64,000 nt of DNA, taken from NCBI RefSeq assembly GCF_009914755.1, contig NC_060947.1, one strand, 5' to 3'. The DNA comes from the human T2T-CHM13v2.0 reference genome, Homo sapiens. The notes beneath the pieces are model-generated. The model did not search any database. It was given only the letters and a program-made list of their open reading frames with translations, and had not been told where the DNA came from. The translations under genes were made by a program, and so were the position numbers. Shown in pieces: positions 40,317 to 53,267 of the stretch; positions within the stretch are counted from its first letter, which is position 1; the number at the start of each line of letters is the position of its first letter.

Positions 40317-40824
40317 AATGTGTGATTTAATCTAGTCATTAAGTTTTAATTTCAATGACTTTATTTATTTCTAGAAATTCTTGGTTTTCCTCCCAATCTG
40401 TTTATTATTTTCTCTTAGCATCCTCTTCTTTTATGATGATTTCTAGTACTTCTGCTAACTCTGTATCATCTTCCATAGACTTATTTAATACTGTCATATT
40501 TTAGCCTTAACCTTTTAGTTTAAGATTATTCAATCATAGTACATTCCTTTATGTTCAGGTCTTTCCTTCTGTTTATTTTGTTCTTAATTTTTTATTCTTG
40601 AATACACAGGAAAAACACACTTGAAGCATATCTTTTATTCTAAGTACTAAAGCCAGATTTCCTAAGTTTGAATCCTGGCTTCACTACTTAGTGGCTGAGT
40701 GATCTTGGGCAGGATACATAACTCATGCTCTCTGTTTGTGTGCTTTCCCAATCTATCGTTCAGTTTTCTCTGGCACATAGGAATTTTCCTTTGTTTCTTA
40801 GGAGCACAGATTAAAATGTTATTT

Positions 40825-41200
40825 AAAACTTTGTTTTAAAGGCATACAGTAAAAATCTCCCTCCCACCAGTATCCCTCAGCCATATAGTTTCCCTCCCCT
40901 GGGACAACCTCTATTACCAGTTATTGAGTTTTCTTAAAGAGATGGTCTATACATATATAAATAAGTAATGTCATCCTTTCTTCCCCGCCACACCATTTTG
41001 TATACAAATTATACTATAAAATACTAAAATACACTATTTGTACCATGCTCCCCCTCCACACACATTTAATATATCATAAAGCTCTCTCTATATCGATGTC
41101 ATGGCCTCATAATAAAACAGTGTATGGATGCAGTATCATTTATTTACCTGTTATTTATAACAGGTAACGTAGAGACATTTTAGTGGTTTCGAATAGGACT
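40825..41200 (-). mobile_element. L1ME3-like 3' fragment
   Basis: tccctcccctgggacaacctctattaccagtt...tgtatggatgcagtatcatttattt. Confidence 0.6.
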
Positions 41201-41426
41201 TAATTTTATTCCATGTATTGTAGTATCCACATATCTGCTCTTACATTGTTGTAATTTATGTCTTTCCTCATTTTAAGTTACAGAAAGTAAGTCAATTCAT
41301 GCAAATATCAGTGCACATTTACTGAACACCTACTATGTGACTGCACTGTGAGGGATATAAAAATAAAATTTTATTTATTTATTTTTGAGATGGAGTCTTG
41401 TTCTCTCACCCTGGGTGGAGTGCAGC

Positions 41427-42229
<803 letters not shown>

Positions 42230-42439
42230 TAACCTAGCTTATAATTAAGACAAAAAGAGTTTAATAATGACCCAGAGAGCATCCTAGGAAGTGTCACAAG
42301 TCCGCACGATAAAAAACAAAACGAACAAACAAAAAACCTTTGTTTTGTTACCATTTATCTGGTGTTTTCAGGTGTTTGTAGTAGGAAAGCTTCCATGTTA
42401 GCTCAGTCTATCAAGGTGCCAGATCTGCTCTGTTGTTCT

Positions 42440-43710
42440 AAATCCACTGTCTCACTATTGTCTTCTCAACTCACTGCTGTCTTTACCATCTGTATACTAC
42501 CCTCATAAAATCCTGAAATTGCTCTAGCAAGTCATCTGTAACCACATTATTGCTAAATCCAGTGGATTCTGCCCTCTATTTACCTATAACAGGATCTGGC
42601 AAGTAGTCTGTACTCAGTAAATGAGCGTGAAGTGAATTAATCTTATTTGACATCAGAGCATCTTTTGCCACCTCTACCCTTCATACAATTTTTTTATTTC
42701 CTTGACTCTCTTAACAAAGTTAATGGAAACCAGCAGAGTTTCATTTTACTTCTCTTTACTCCTCCTAAATCTTCTTTCAGATCTCTTTTAAAATGTATCC
42801 ATTAAGTGTTGTTGCTTCCCAAGCATTCATTCTCTCTTCCTGGCTAAACCCATGTGCTGTGGGCTTTCAGATGCTTAACTCCAGCTCAGGTTTCTTTTCT
42901 GATATCCAGACTCATATGAGACAGCCAGGTGGGAGGGAGTCAATATCTAAAACTCTACTATGGGATGTCTAATAAGTAACTTAAATTCACACGACCTAAA
43001 TCAAACCCATAATTCCCTGTCCTGAATTTGCTTGCTTCCACATTTTCTATCCCATTTCCCTGAGGTAGAATTCTTCATGTCATCTTTCACTAGTGCTTTT
43101 CCCTCACCCTACCCATCAGCTCAATCTGATCTCCAAATCCTGTGAACTATATCTTCTAAAGATCTCTTAAGTCTGTCTTTTCCTTTCTATCCCTATGACC
43201 AGGGCTTAATTCAAACACTTGTCATATCTTACCTATATTATGGCAATGGCCTCATCTTCAACTTCAGGTTTTAACTTTACTCCCCTACGCTCTACCTTCA
43301 ATCCATCCTCCACTTCCCTGCAAGTTCAATCTTTAAAATTAAATCTGGTCATGACATTACTTTAATTTACAGTCCTTCAGTATCTTTATAATTGCTTTCA
43401 GGATGAAATCTACTTAGTGTGACATTCAAGGTCCCTGCTTACTTTTTTAGCCTCGTATCTCAACACTTCCACTTTGCACTCTATAATCCAGCCATATTGA
43501 ACTGCTTAGAATTCCTGAAATGAGTATTTGCACTTAGGTAGCATTCATTGATTCAATAGCCTGGATAAGCCGCCATTATTATGCAGCACTCATCACAATG
43601 TTTCATGATTTCCCATAATTAGAGACACTATGTTATCTCTGTATCCTCAGTACTTAATTCCATGTCTAGTGCATACTAGGACCTCAATAAATGTCAAATG
43701 AATGAATATA
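42440..43710 (+). mobile_element. L2 (about 1.2 kb 3' portion)
   Basis: ttgctaaatccagtgga, ggatgtctaataagtaacttaaattc, aaatctggtcatgac, ctcaataaatgtcaaatgaatgaat. Confidence 0.8.
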
Positions 43711-43916
43711 AACCTATGATTTTACATCTTTTCATTTTTCTTCTACTATCTACCTATTAATGTGTTACTAGTAATAATAACACAAATATAGAATACATGT
43801 GTCTGTAAATATAGATGTATATCTATATATAATTACTTGTTTCAGGCCAGGCACTATTATAAGTGTTGCATATATGGCAATGCATTTAATCCTCATAACA
43901 AACCTTGTATCCCTAC

Positions 43917-44216
43917 TTTTTTTTTTTTTTTTTTGAGATGGAGTCTCACTCTGTCGCCCAGGCTGGAGTGCAGTGGCGCGATCTCGGCCCACTGCTCACC
44001 TCCGCCTCCCGGGTTCACACCATTCTCCTGCCTCAGCCTCCCGAGTAGCTGGGACTACAGGCGCCCGCCAGCACGCCCGGCTAATTTTTTATATTTTTAG
44101 TAGAGACGGGGTTTCACCATGTTAGCCAGGATGGTCTCAATCTCCTGATCTCATGATCCGCCCGCCTCAGCCTCTCAGAGTGCTGGGATTACAGGCGTGA
44201 GCCACCGTGCCCGGCC
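43917..44216 (-). mobile_element. AluY inserted in a MIR (43835-44335)
   Basis: CpG-rich young Alu, long T tail; TSD GTATCCC(T/C)ACTTTTT. Confidence 0.97.
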
Positions 44217-44549
44217 GTATCCCCACTTTTTAGAAATTAAGGCACAGAGAGAGATTGTGTGACTCCTTCAGAATCACATAGTCAATAAGTGGTGAAGTTG
44301 GGATTAAAACCCAGGAAGTCTGTTTGTGCAGTCCATAACAGGCCATAAGGAGAGAAAAAGAAGAGCATATTTTATGGATGATTCAAAATGCATCACCAAG
44401 CCCTAAATTTTTGATAAAGATACTCTAACAATTTAGACTTCATGTGACATATATAGAGCATAAAACTTTAGTATAAAAATTAACCTTGATTTTGCTGACC
44501 TACATTGTTATCATTGTTATTATTCAGTTCTTGATATTTCTTTCTCAGG

Positions 44550-44857
44550 TTGTTTTTTGTTTTTGTTTTTTTGAGACAGAGTCTTGCTCTGTTTCTTAGG
44601 CTGGAGTGCAGTGGCGTGAACTTGGCTCACTGCAACCTCTGCCCCACCGGGGTTCAAGCAATTCTAGTGCCTCAGCCTCCCAAAAAGCTGAAATTACAGG
44701 TGTGCGCTACAACGCCTGGCTATTTTTTTGTATTTTCAATACAGATGGGGTTTCACCATGTTGGCCAGGCAGGTCTCCAACTCCTGGTCTCATGTGATCC
44801 GCTTGCCTCAGCCTCCCAACGTGCTGGGATTACAGGTATGAGCTGTGGCGCCCAGCC
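44550..44857 (-). mobile_element. AluJ-like
   Basis: Diverged full antisense Alu. Confidence 0.93.
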
Positions 44858-44944
44858 TCTCAAGCTAATGTTTTATTCGTTGGCTACTTCTGATCTTCTC
44901 TATGTTCTTCATCACATCCATTATTTTATATATAAACCAGGTTA

Positions 44945-45297
44945 ATTAGACTGATTGGCTTAAACAATAGAAATTTATTTTTTACAGTCCTGAGGCTGGA
45001 AAGTCCAAGATCAAGATGCCAGCAAGGTAGGTTTCATTCTGAGGCCTCTTCTCTTAGCTTGTAGGCAGCTGCCATTTGGCCGTAGGCTTGCATGGCCTCT
45101 TCTCTGTGCAGGCTCAGATCTCTCTCTCTCTCATTTCTTCTTCTATAAGGGGCATTAATCTCATTATGAGGGCTCCACCTTCATGACCTCATCTAAACCT
45201 AATTACCTCCCAAAGACACCATCTCCTAATATGATTACATTGGGGATTAGGGCTTCAACATATGAATTTTGGAAAGCACACAGTTTGGTCCACAGCA
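44945..45297 (-). mobile_element. MLT1A-like MaLR LTR
   Basis: ggcttaaacaatagaaatttattt...aagtccaagatcaagatgccagca...ggcttcaacatatgaatttt...gtccacagca. Confidence 0.88.
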
Positions 45298-45929
45298 AAC
45301 CTGAAGATGAAAATGAAGTAAAGAATAGCAACATTAACAAATTGTGTAGGTACCTGATGTCCTAAAATAATTTGTATTTTCTAAAACAAGTCATCTTTTA
45401 ACAGCAGTATTTTCCCCATGCCAAATACTAAGCAAAGTTTTACATATATACTTTTTGAACCCAGAATTGTTATTTCTGAGAAATAGTTATAAGTATCAAG
45501 TTTATGGTCAATGACAATGTCTCTTAGAAGTTTCTACAGTTACTTGTAAATGTTTCAGTATTTGGGAATTCAATGGCTATCTCTTGCCCCAATTCCTTCT
45601 TTAACCAGAGTTGCCTGTAGCTCAAAGCAACTGACCAGCAAAACTTGTATCAGCATCTAGAACTGTACTCTACACTTGAAAAGTATGAACCTGCTGCAGA
45701 GTAGAAAGACCATTGATTTTTCTTTTATAGGGCATTACTGTGGCCTCCATTTCTGTTATAAACACATGACTGAATTTTATAACCAGAACAAAGTTACAGG
45801 CCTTACATAATGATAAATGACTGATTACAATACAATTTTACTGTCATTTGAAACACTATTTATATTTTTCTCTAAAACAACCTTAAATATATTGAATGAA
45901 ACTGAGGGTCCTTAAAAATATGAAGAATG

Positions 45930-46272
<343 letters not shown>

Positions 46273-48711
46273 TTAAACCCAAACAGGCTGCTCAACTAAG
46301 TGGGTATAATCAGTTAAACTCTGAAAAACTGATACTCTGTAGACACCACAATATACTTGTTTATTAAAGTCCCTTGATATGAAGATGGCTGCTTGCTGAT
46401 CTCTGTTTAATTTCAAAAAGTAGTTAGATTGCTGCTTTTTTTTTTTATGGCAATGAACTGTACCATAACACATTCTAGTAAGCAAATGCTATGTATTGCT
46501 TTGCTTTCTAGTCCTGGGCTTATACAGATGATGTGGGAAAAAGGACTGATTTTTTTAAATGCTTTTAGCAGTTCTGCTAGATGTGTCGTTCATAGGATTA
46601 GAGCTTTTTTTTTTCTTTTTCAAATTTACCTTTTTCCTTTCACAACTGATGAAGAGGAAGAGGTTAATGGAATGCTCAGTTCTTTCCTTGTGTTTGGTGT
46701 TTGACATTGGTGTTTGACAATCATTGTATGTAGTCTTCTTTCCATCAACTTTAGAGGAATTTACATGCTCCTGTATAAGGAACTCCTATGGCTGAAACTA
46801 TATTCGCTTCAAGACAACAAAAACATTTTCAACTACTCCTGAAATCTGAAACTTCTAACTCTGAGGGTTCTCATGGACAAGGACAGCCTTTGTCATTTCT
46901 CTGCAGATACCGCCCAAAGCTTTGGCACTTGGCAAGAGCAGCTGCATGTATGTGCTTATTCAGAGAAAATAAACTGGCTTCTCTCACCTAAGCAAATGAC
47001 CTTTTTATTTATAGTTGCTCTCTGGTTTTGATTATTTTATTAAAAGTAAAACATAAAAATTTTTCTTTATAGTTAAATCTATTTGAGTTGTCATCTTCCC
47101 AGTGCTCTCTACCTTTTCATGGGAATAAATTGTTTTGCTTTCTAATGTCAAACTTTTCTGAATCCATTTTTTAAGCACTCTTGCTGGAATTCTAAATATC
47201 TTCTGATTCTCAAATATGTGCATAATTTCCCAGCCCATATCCAAAATATGAAGGAAAAATGTCATTGGACAAGTTCTCACAATAAATAAAACATGCACAT
47301 ATTTGTTGAAGAGAAAGAGGTAATGAATTTTAAAAATGCCATCAAGTCTTGAAGGAGTCATGTTTTACAAATATAATAACCAAATATTTATCATTTTGTT
47401 GTTTTGATTTCTTTGTTTTCAGGGCTTTGAAGTTTAGAGTCAGCCTAAAAAGTTAGAATAAGTCTTTGAAAATTGTTCCCAAAATCACCCCAGGGAAAGT
47501 GTTGAGTCACAGAAGAACACACCATTTCACCTTTTCGTGAATCAGGATAAGTCATTTTGACTGATTCACTGTCTGACCACTGGGCAAAGTATAAATCATG
47601 TAAGAAAATGTCAGTTGAAATGTTAGTGCACTTTAAGGTCATCTGTTGAATTTTTAGTGTGTGTCTGTGTCATCTTTAAAAATCCCAAGCACTAAAACAC
47701 CGTTGCAAAGCAAGTAATATTTACTCCTCATTACCTCTCTTTAGAAATGTATAAGCTGTATCATATTCAAATTCACATCAGAACATTCATGTGAATTCAC
47801 ATTCAGTGTGGCAAAAATTAATGCATCGAACAAAGAAATGGAATTTAGTGCTATGTTTGTTCATCGGTTGGAAATCAATTTAGCAAAAACAAAACTCCTT
47901 TCCTACTCCCCTCCAAAACAAACAAATACAAAAGTTTGAACAAACAAGAAACTGCAAAAATTTTACAGAGTATCAGAAAATAAAAGAGAAATATTGAAAC
48001 TAACAGATATAAAAGTAATGTCAGTTACTTAGGAAGTCACTTTTTTCCCCCATAGGAATGACCCAGATGCTTCATTAATCTACAAGATTTATCACGTTTT
48101 GGCAACAGTTCAGAACATAGTTTCTAAACATTTGCCATTTTATCAGTAAATATCCATTTCAACAATATGCTATCAGACTATATTTAGCTAGTGGTGGTTG
48201 TAATGTATGAAAGGCAGGCTAACAACGGAGTCTGAAGTAGTTTTTAAAAAATCCTTCAAAACCAGCTCTACATTCTACAATATTATAAAATAAATACAAA
48301 AATATAAGGCAGAAATTATGTGGATAGCAATTAATATGCAAATGAAGTAGCAACTCAGCATGAGAAAGGAAAACAGTGGCAATTATTATAGCTAACATTC
48401 TGGAAAACTGAGTATGTGTTGTTACCTAACACTTTCTACCACAGAAAATTTAAGGAGAAATTATAACAATTTATCAAGCATTTGCTGAACTGCTATATAC
48501 AATATGCTATGCATCATTAAATGTCATTAAAATATGGCAGTTCAAAATATTTGGGCCTTTCCAAAACCCCCAACTTTAAAAATACATTAAGGTAACAATA
48601 CATACCTGTTACAAAATAGTTGACTATTATTTTGAAGCCATTTAGGTAGAAAACCTACTCTTGTAAAAGTGAGAAATGAACTGCTGCTATCCACTGACTA
48701 TCACTCCCACT

Positions 48712-48825
48712 CAAATGAAATCTCCATAAGTAGAGAGACTTTGCGGCACTCACCACTGGATCTCAAACATCTGGAAGAGTGCCTGGCACATAATGAGCAC
48801 ACAACCAATACGTGTTGAATGAAGA
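48712..48825 (+). mobile_element. L2 3' end
   Basis: ctccataagtagagagactttg...gagtgcctggcacataatgagcac...tgttgaatgaa. Confidence 0.75.
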
Positions 48826-49048
48826 CATATACATAGAGTTGACAACCAAATTAAATGAACAATGGCACCTTATTACCTACTTCTGAAACAAATCAATGTG
48901 AATGGAAATACTTTGAATGATACTGAAATGGAACTGAAAAAAAAGCATCATGGTTTACAAACACTTTACAAAGAACTATATTTCCACACCTGTATTTATA
49001 GGATACTTATGCTGTATACATAAACCACTATAAATATAGTTAGCTGTA

Positions 49049-49435
49049 TGTATTAGTTTGCTAGGGCTGCCATAACAAAGTACCACAGACTAGATGTCTT
49101 AAATGACAGAAATTTATTTCCTCACAGTTCTGGAGGCTAGGAGTCCAAGATCAAGATGTAGGCAGGGTTGGTTTCTACTAAAGCTTCTCTTTTTGGCCTG
49201 TAGATGGCCATCTCTTTGCTGTGTCTTTGCAGAATCTTTCTTCTGTGTGTATTTTTGTCCTAATCTCTTCTTACAAAGGCACCAGTCATATCGGATTAGG
49301 GACCCCCCTAATAATCTCATTTTAACTTAATTACCCCTTTATAGACACTACCTTCAAATACAATCACATTTGGAGGCACGGGAGATTAGGGCTTCAACAT
49401 ATGAATTTTGGGAGGACATAATTCAGCCCACAATA
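49049..49435 (-). mobile_element. MLT1B-like solo LTR
   Basis: tgtattagtttgctagggctgccataacaaagtaccacagact...aattcagcccacaata; perfect 5-bp TSD CTGTA at 49044-49048 and 49436-49440. Confidence 0.93.
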
Positions 49436-50811
49436 CTGTATGACACACAAGATGGAGTATGGTTATATGAAAAGTGAACAATATATACAAAATCTTAAAA
49501 TACAAACAATTTAATGTGTGAATTATCTACTTAATTTTCAGTGACCACAGAGATGAATGAAACGATAACAGAAGACAATATATGATTACAAGGTAGCAAT
49601 ATAAATTATATTCACAAGTACTGAAAAGGATAAATTACATTCACAAATGCTGAAGGGATTGGAATAAAGACACATTCAACATGGGTATCAAGGAAGATTT
49701 CCTGGAGCAAGACTCTTTTGCTGCTGTTTTTTTGTTTTTGAGGCCTATAGTTTCTTAACAGGGGTTCCAAAGGTATGAAAAAGTTAATATTTCTACAAGA
49801 AATGATCAATTGATTCCCTCTTAACAAAGACAGCTGTATTAAATTATTTACTCCCATGGAGTCATATTTGCAAACTCACTGTAGTATATTATGATTTAAG
49901 GAATTAGGTGGGTCTATTTTGGATCTCCAGAGTATTTGTAACGGAATTATACACACGGAAAAAGCTTCATTATCAAGTTGTATGATAATGATATGCTAGT
50001 ATATGAGGTGAGTAGATAATAAATATGAAAGGAAAAAAGATAATATATAATAAAAGAAAAATTCAAACTTTCCTGATTTTATATGCACAGTCTAACTGAA
50101 AATATTTTGTTTTTATTTTCTAATTTGTGTCAAATTAGTTGAGGGTGAAGTTGTAGCTCTTAGGTACTAAGCTCAATCATGTCAATAACAGAAAAAAGTT
50201 TTATATTTACACTAATTGTCCTATAATATTACATAATAAAGTAACACCTATTTGTTAGATTTCCTTGTGCTTTAAGATAGTTTTTTATAGAAAGGATGAA
50301 AGTGTTCCAAAGATCTTATGCTGACCAAACATGAAGGCCAGAGAGCGTTTCCTGAACAAACCAAGAATGAGTTCTGAAGGTAGAGAGTAGTCAGACAGTA
50401 AAATAAACAATATGGCTTATCTTGATTCACGAAAAGGCGAAAAGGCATATCTACATTACTCAACACCTTCCATAAAGCAATTTTGGAAACAGCTTTCAAA
50501 TATTTCTATAATCTGTTTAGGCTGATTATAGAAATTAGGCTGAAAATTCTAAAACAAGAAATCACAAAACACTGTTGAATACTGTTGAATTGTTTTCCCT
50601 ATAATATCTACTAAAAAAATAATAGAAATGGTCAATGGCTGAATCCTTCTTAGTCTTAGCATGCTCCTGAGCAAGGAGCCAACCAAATGTTAGAACCTTC
50701 TTTTCTGAAGTCAAGATGTAAAATCTCAATAACAAATTCTGTCTTAACTCAAGCAGTGAGTGTATTGTGATAAGTGCTTCTCAACCCCATTCTTCCATGC
50801 ATTTTCTCAAG

Positions 50812-51296
50812 TACAATATCCTTAAACAACAAGGGTTTGAAATCCATTGGTTTACTTAGACGTGAATCTTTTTCAATAACAATTACATGAGTGTGCCTGC
50901 CTCCCCTTCCATCTCCTCCACCACCCCTGAGACAGCAAGACCAACCACTTCCCTTCCTCCTCTTCAGCCTATTCAACATGAAGACCAAGAGGATGAAGAC
51001 CTTTATGATGATCCACTTCCACTGAATTTAATTAAGGGTAAATGTATTTTCTCTTCCTCATGTTTTTTTTCATAACACTTTCTTTTCTCTGGCTTACTTT
51101 ATTGTAAGAACACAGTATATAATACATATAACCTAAAAAATATGTGTTAGTCAAGTGTTTAGGTTATCTGTAAAGCTTCTGGTCAACAGTAGGCTATTAG
51201 TAGTTAAGTTTTGGGAGATTTAAAAATTAGATCTTTGTGCAGGGGTGGGGGCTGTTGGAGTCCCTAACACCTGTTAACATGTTTAAGGGTCACTGT
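50812..51296. mobile_element. Tigger2a-like TcMar DNA transposon
   Basis: TIR-like ends tccttaaacaacaagggtttgaa / tgtttaagggtcactgt; internal gagacagcaagaccaacc...gaagacctttatgatgatccacttccact. Confidence 0.88.
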
Positions 51297-51994
51297 CATG
51301 ACTTTGGGGACAAAATCAATGGCCATGCTTTTGGGATTAATCCATCAAGAATAATTTACCTTCACATTTGAGGCATAAAAATTTTTTTTTTCTTCATTGG
51401 AAGACCTAGAAACCTTTAGACCTTCAAAGGTATGTCCCTTAGACTGAGGAGTGAGAGGGGAATTAGGAATCTTCTGTTTTAGGAATCAGGTTTTAAGTGT
51501 GTAATTTGAAAGACCAATAATATGGGCTAAGGTGAATGAGGATAAACTGTTCTTATTGCTTGTAACAGTTAGGTATGCATGTTGAGCTCTTTAAGGACCT
51601 AGATTTAATTCCTAATTATATACTTAAGGGAGTTTAGAGCCAAAGTAATTCTGAGTTTAAACAAAAGCAAACTGCTTTGGTGGGGCATGAAACCCGGCTT
51701 GTCACAAAGGCTTACAGAATAAAGATTTCCTGGGAAGTGACTTAATAGGTACTAATCCTTGATTGAACCTCAGCCCAGTAAATCAAGCATCTCGTCACTC
51801 TTTGACTGCTAAACCAAGGGCGGTTTAAAACAATAACTGAACACCAAAACTATACAAAAATAACATTGATTCATTAACCAATTTGTTAGTTGAGGGGGTT
51901 GAGACTTCAGTGGAATAGAACACAAAACACACAGTAAGATTTAATGGTGGGAATGTAAGAGGGATATGTCACATAAAAGGTCTGGAGACTTTAG

Positions 51995-52820
51995 AGATGT
52001 TTTTGATTTCTCTATTTCTCTCACACTCTATGTCTAACTCATCAGGAAATATTGTTGGTCTACCTTCAAAATACATCCATAATCTGGCCACTTTTCACCG
52101 CATCCATAGCGACCACCCTGGTCCTTGCCACCACCATCTGTAATAGCCTCTCAACTGGTATTTCTGCTTTCCTCCTTTTTTCCCTATAGTCTATTTTCAA
52201 CTAAGACTCCAGAGTGATCTTTTAAAAATGAAAATCAGACCACATCAGTCTTTTGCTCAAATCCCTGTGAAACATGTTCATTTCGACCAATGTTAAAGCC
52301 AACATGCTTACAATAGCCAATTAGCTCCTTATATGATTTAGTCCCTGTGATTTCTTTGACCTCTTTTTATCCTATTCTCCCACTCATTCCCTCAGCTCCA
52401 GTCACACTGGCTTCTTTTCAATCCTTCACACATGAGCATGCTATCCTTTTAGGGGACTGTTCCTTCTGCTTAGAGTTTTCTTTTCCCAGGTATCCATTTG
52501 TCTAATTTACTCACCTCGTTCAAGTCTTTGCTGAAACACCTTTTTCTAGATGAAAGAAGGCTGCCTTGATTACTCTGTACTTACAGCCCATCTTGGCTCG
52601 TATGACTCTCCATATTCTGTTCTACTTTTTTTTTCTTGACAGTGCTTATCATTTTCGAGTATACTAGAAAATTTATTCATTTATTTTATCATATTTTTTC
52701 TTATCTTTTCCCTCCTGCTAGAATGTAAGCACCTCAAGGGCAGCAATCTTTGTCTGCTTTGATTATCCTAGCCAGTATCTGTCATAATTTAGGCACAAAT
52801 ATTGTCCAATGACTGAACGA
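51995..52820 (+). mobile_element. L2a-like 3' portion
   Basis: ctaccttcaaaatacatcc...agagtgatcttttaaaa...ctagaatgtaagcacctcaagggcag. Confidence 0.85.
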
Positions 52821-52934
52821 AAAATAGATGCTTCTGATGGAGATAGTAAATCCATGTGATCCACCTGGGGTGGGGAGCTTCTGAGGAAGCATGAAATCAT
52901 TGGAGCACAACAAACCTGCAAAGTGGGTTTTGAT

Positions 52935-53050
52935 TACTCCTTTTATAGAGTAATCAAAGAGGTTAAATGACTTGCCCAAGGTCACAATGCTAATAATGCC
53001 AGAGCAGAACTTTCACTTTCATGAATGTCAGTAAAACTCCAAGTCATATT
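52935..53050 (-). mobile_element. MIR fragment
   Basis: agaggttaaatgacttgcccaaggtcaca core. Confidence 0.75.
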
Positions 53051-53267
53051 GTTGCATGACAGATGGTTCTAGAAGACAGCTAATTGAGATACAGTTTATA
53101 AGGAAATTTCAGAGGAGGTGATGTGGTCTGGTACCTAATTAGAAATAAGTCCCCCTGAAAGGGGAATAGCTATCAGCATACAAAAAGAGATTCTGAACGA
53201 TGTTCAAGGCAGTGACTGTAAGTCAAAGTACTTTAGGTTCACTGGCCACTGGTTAGAAACCTGCAGA

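Noticed and set aside
47789-47802. 14-bp palindrome ATGTGAATTCACAT
   Set aside because: Palindromes of this length are expected by chance in 64 kb.
48336-48343. Octamer ATGCAAAT (also at 41299)
   Set aside because: Single 8-mers are expected in AT-rich DNA; no convincing adjacent SOX site.
50887-51075. Acidic proline-rich ORF (EDQEDEDLYDDPLPL)
   Set aside because: Part of the Tigger2a transposon remnant.
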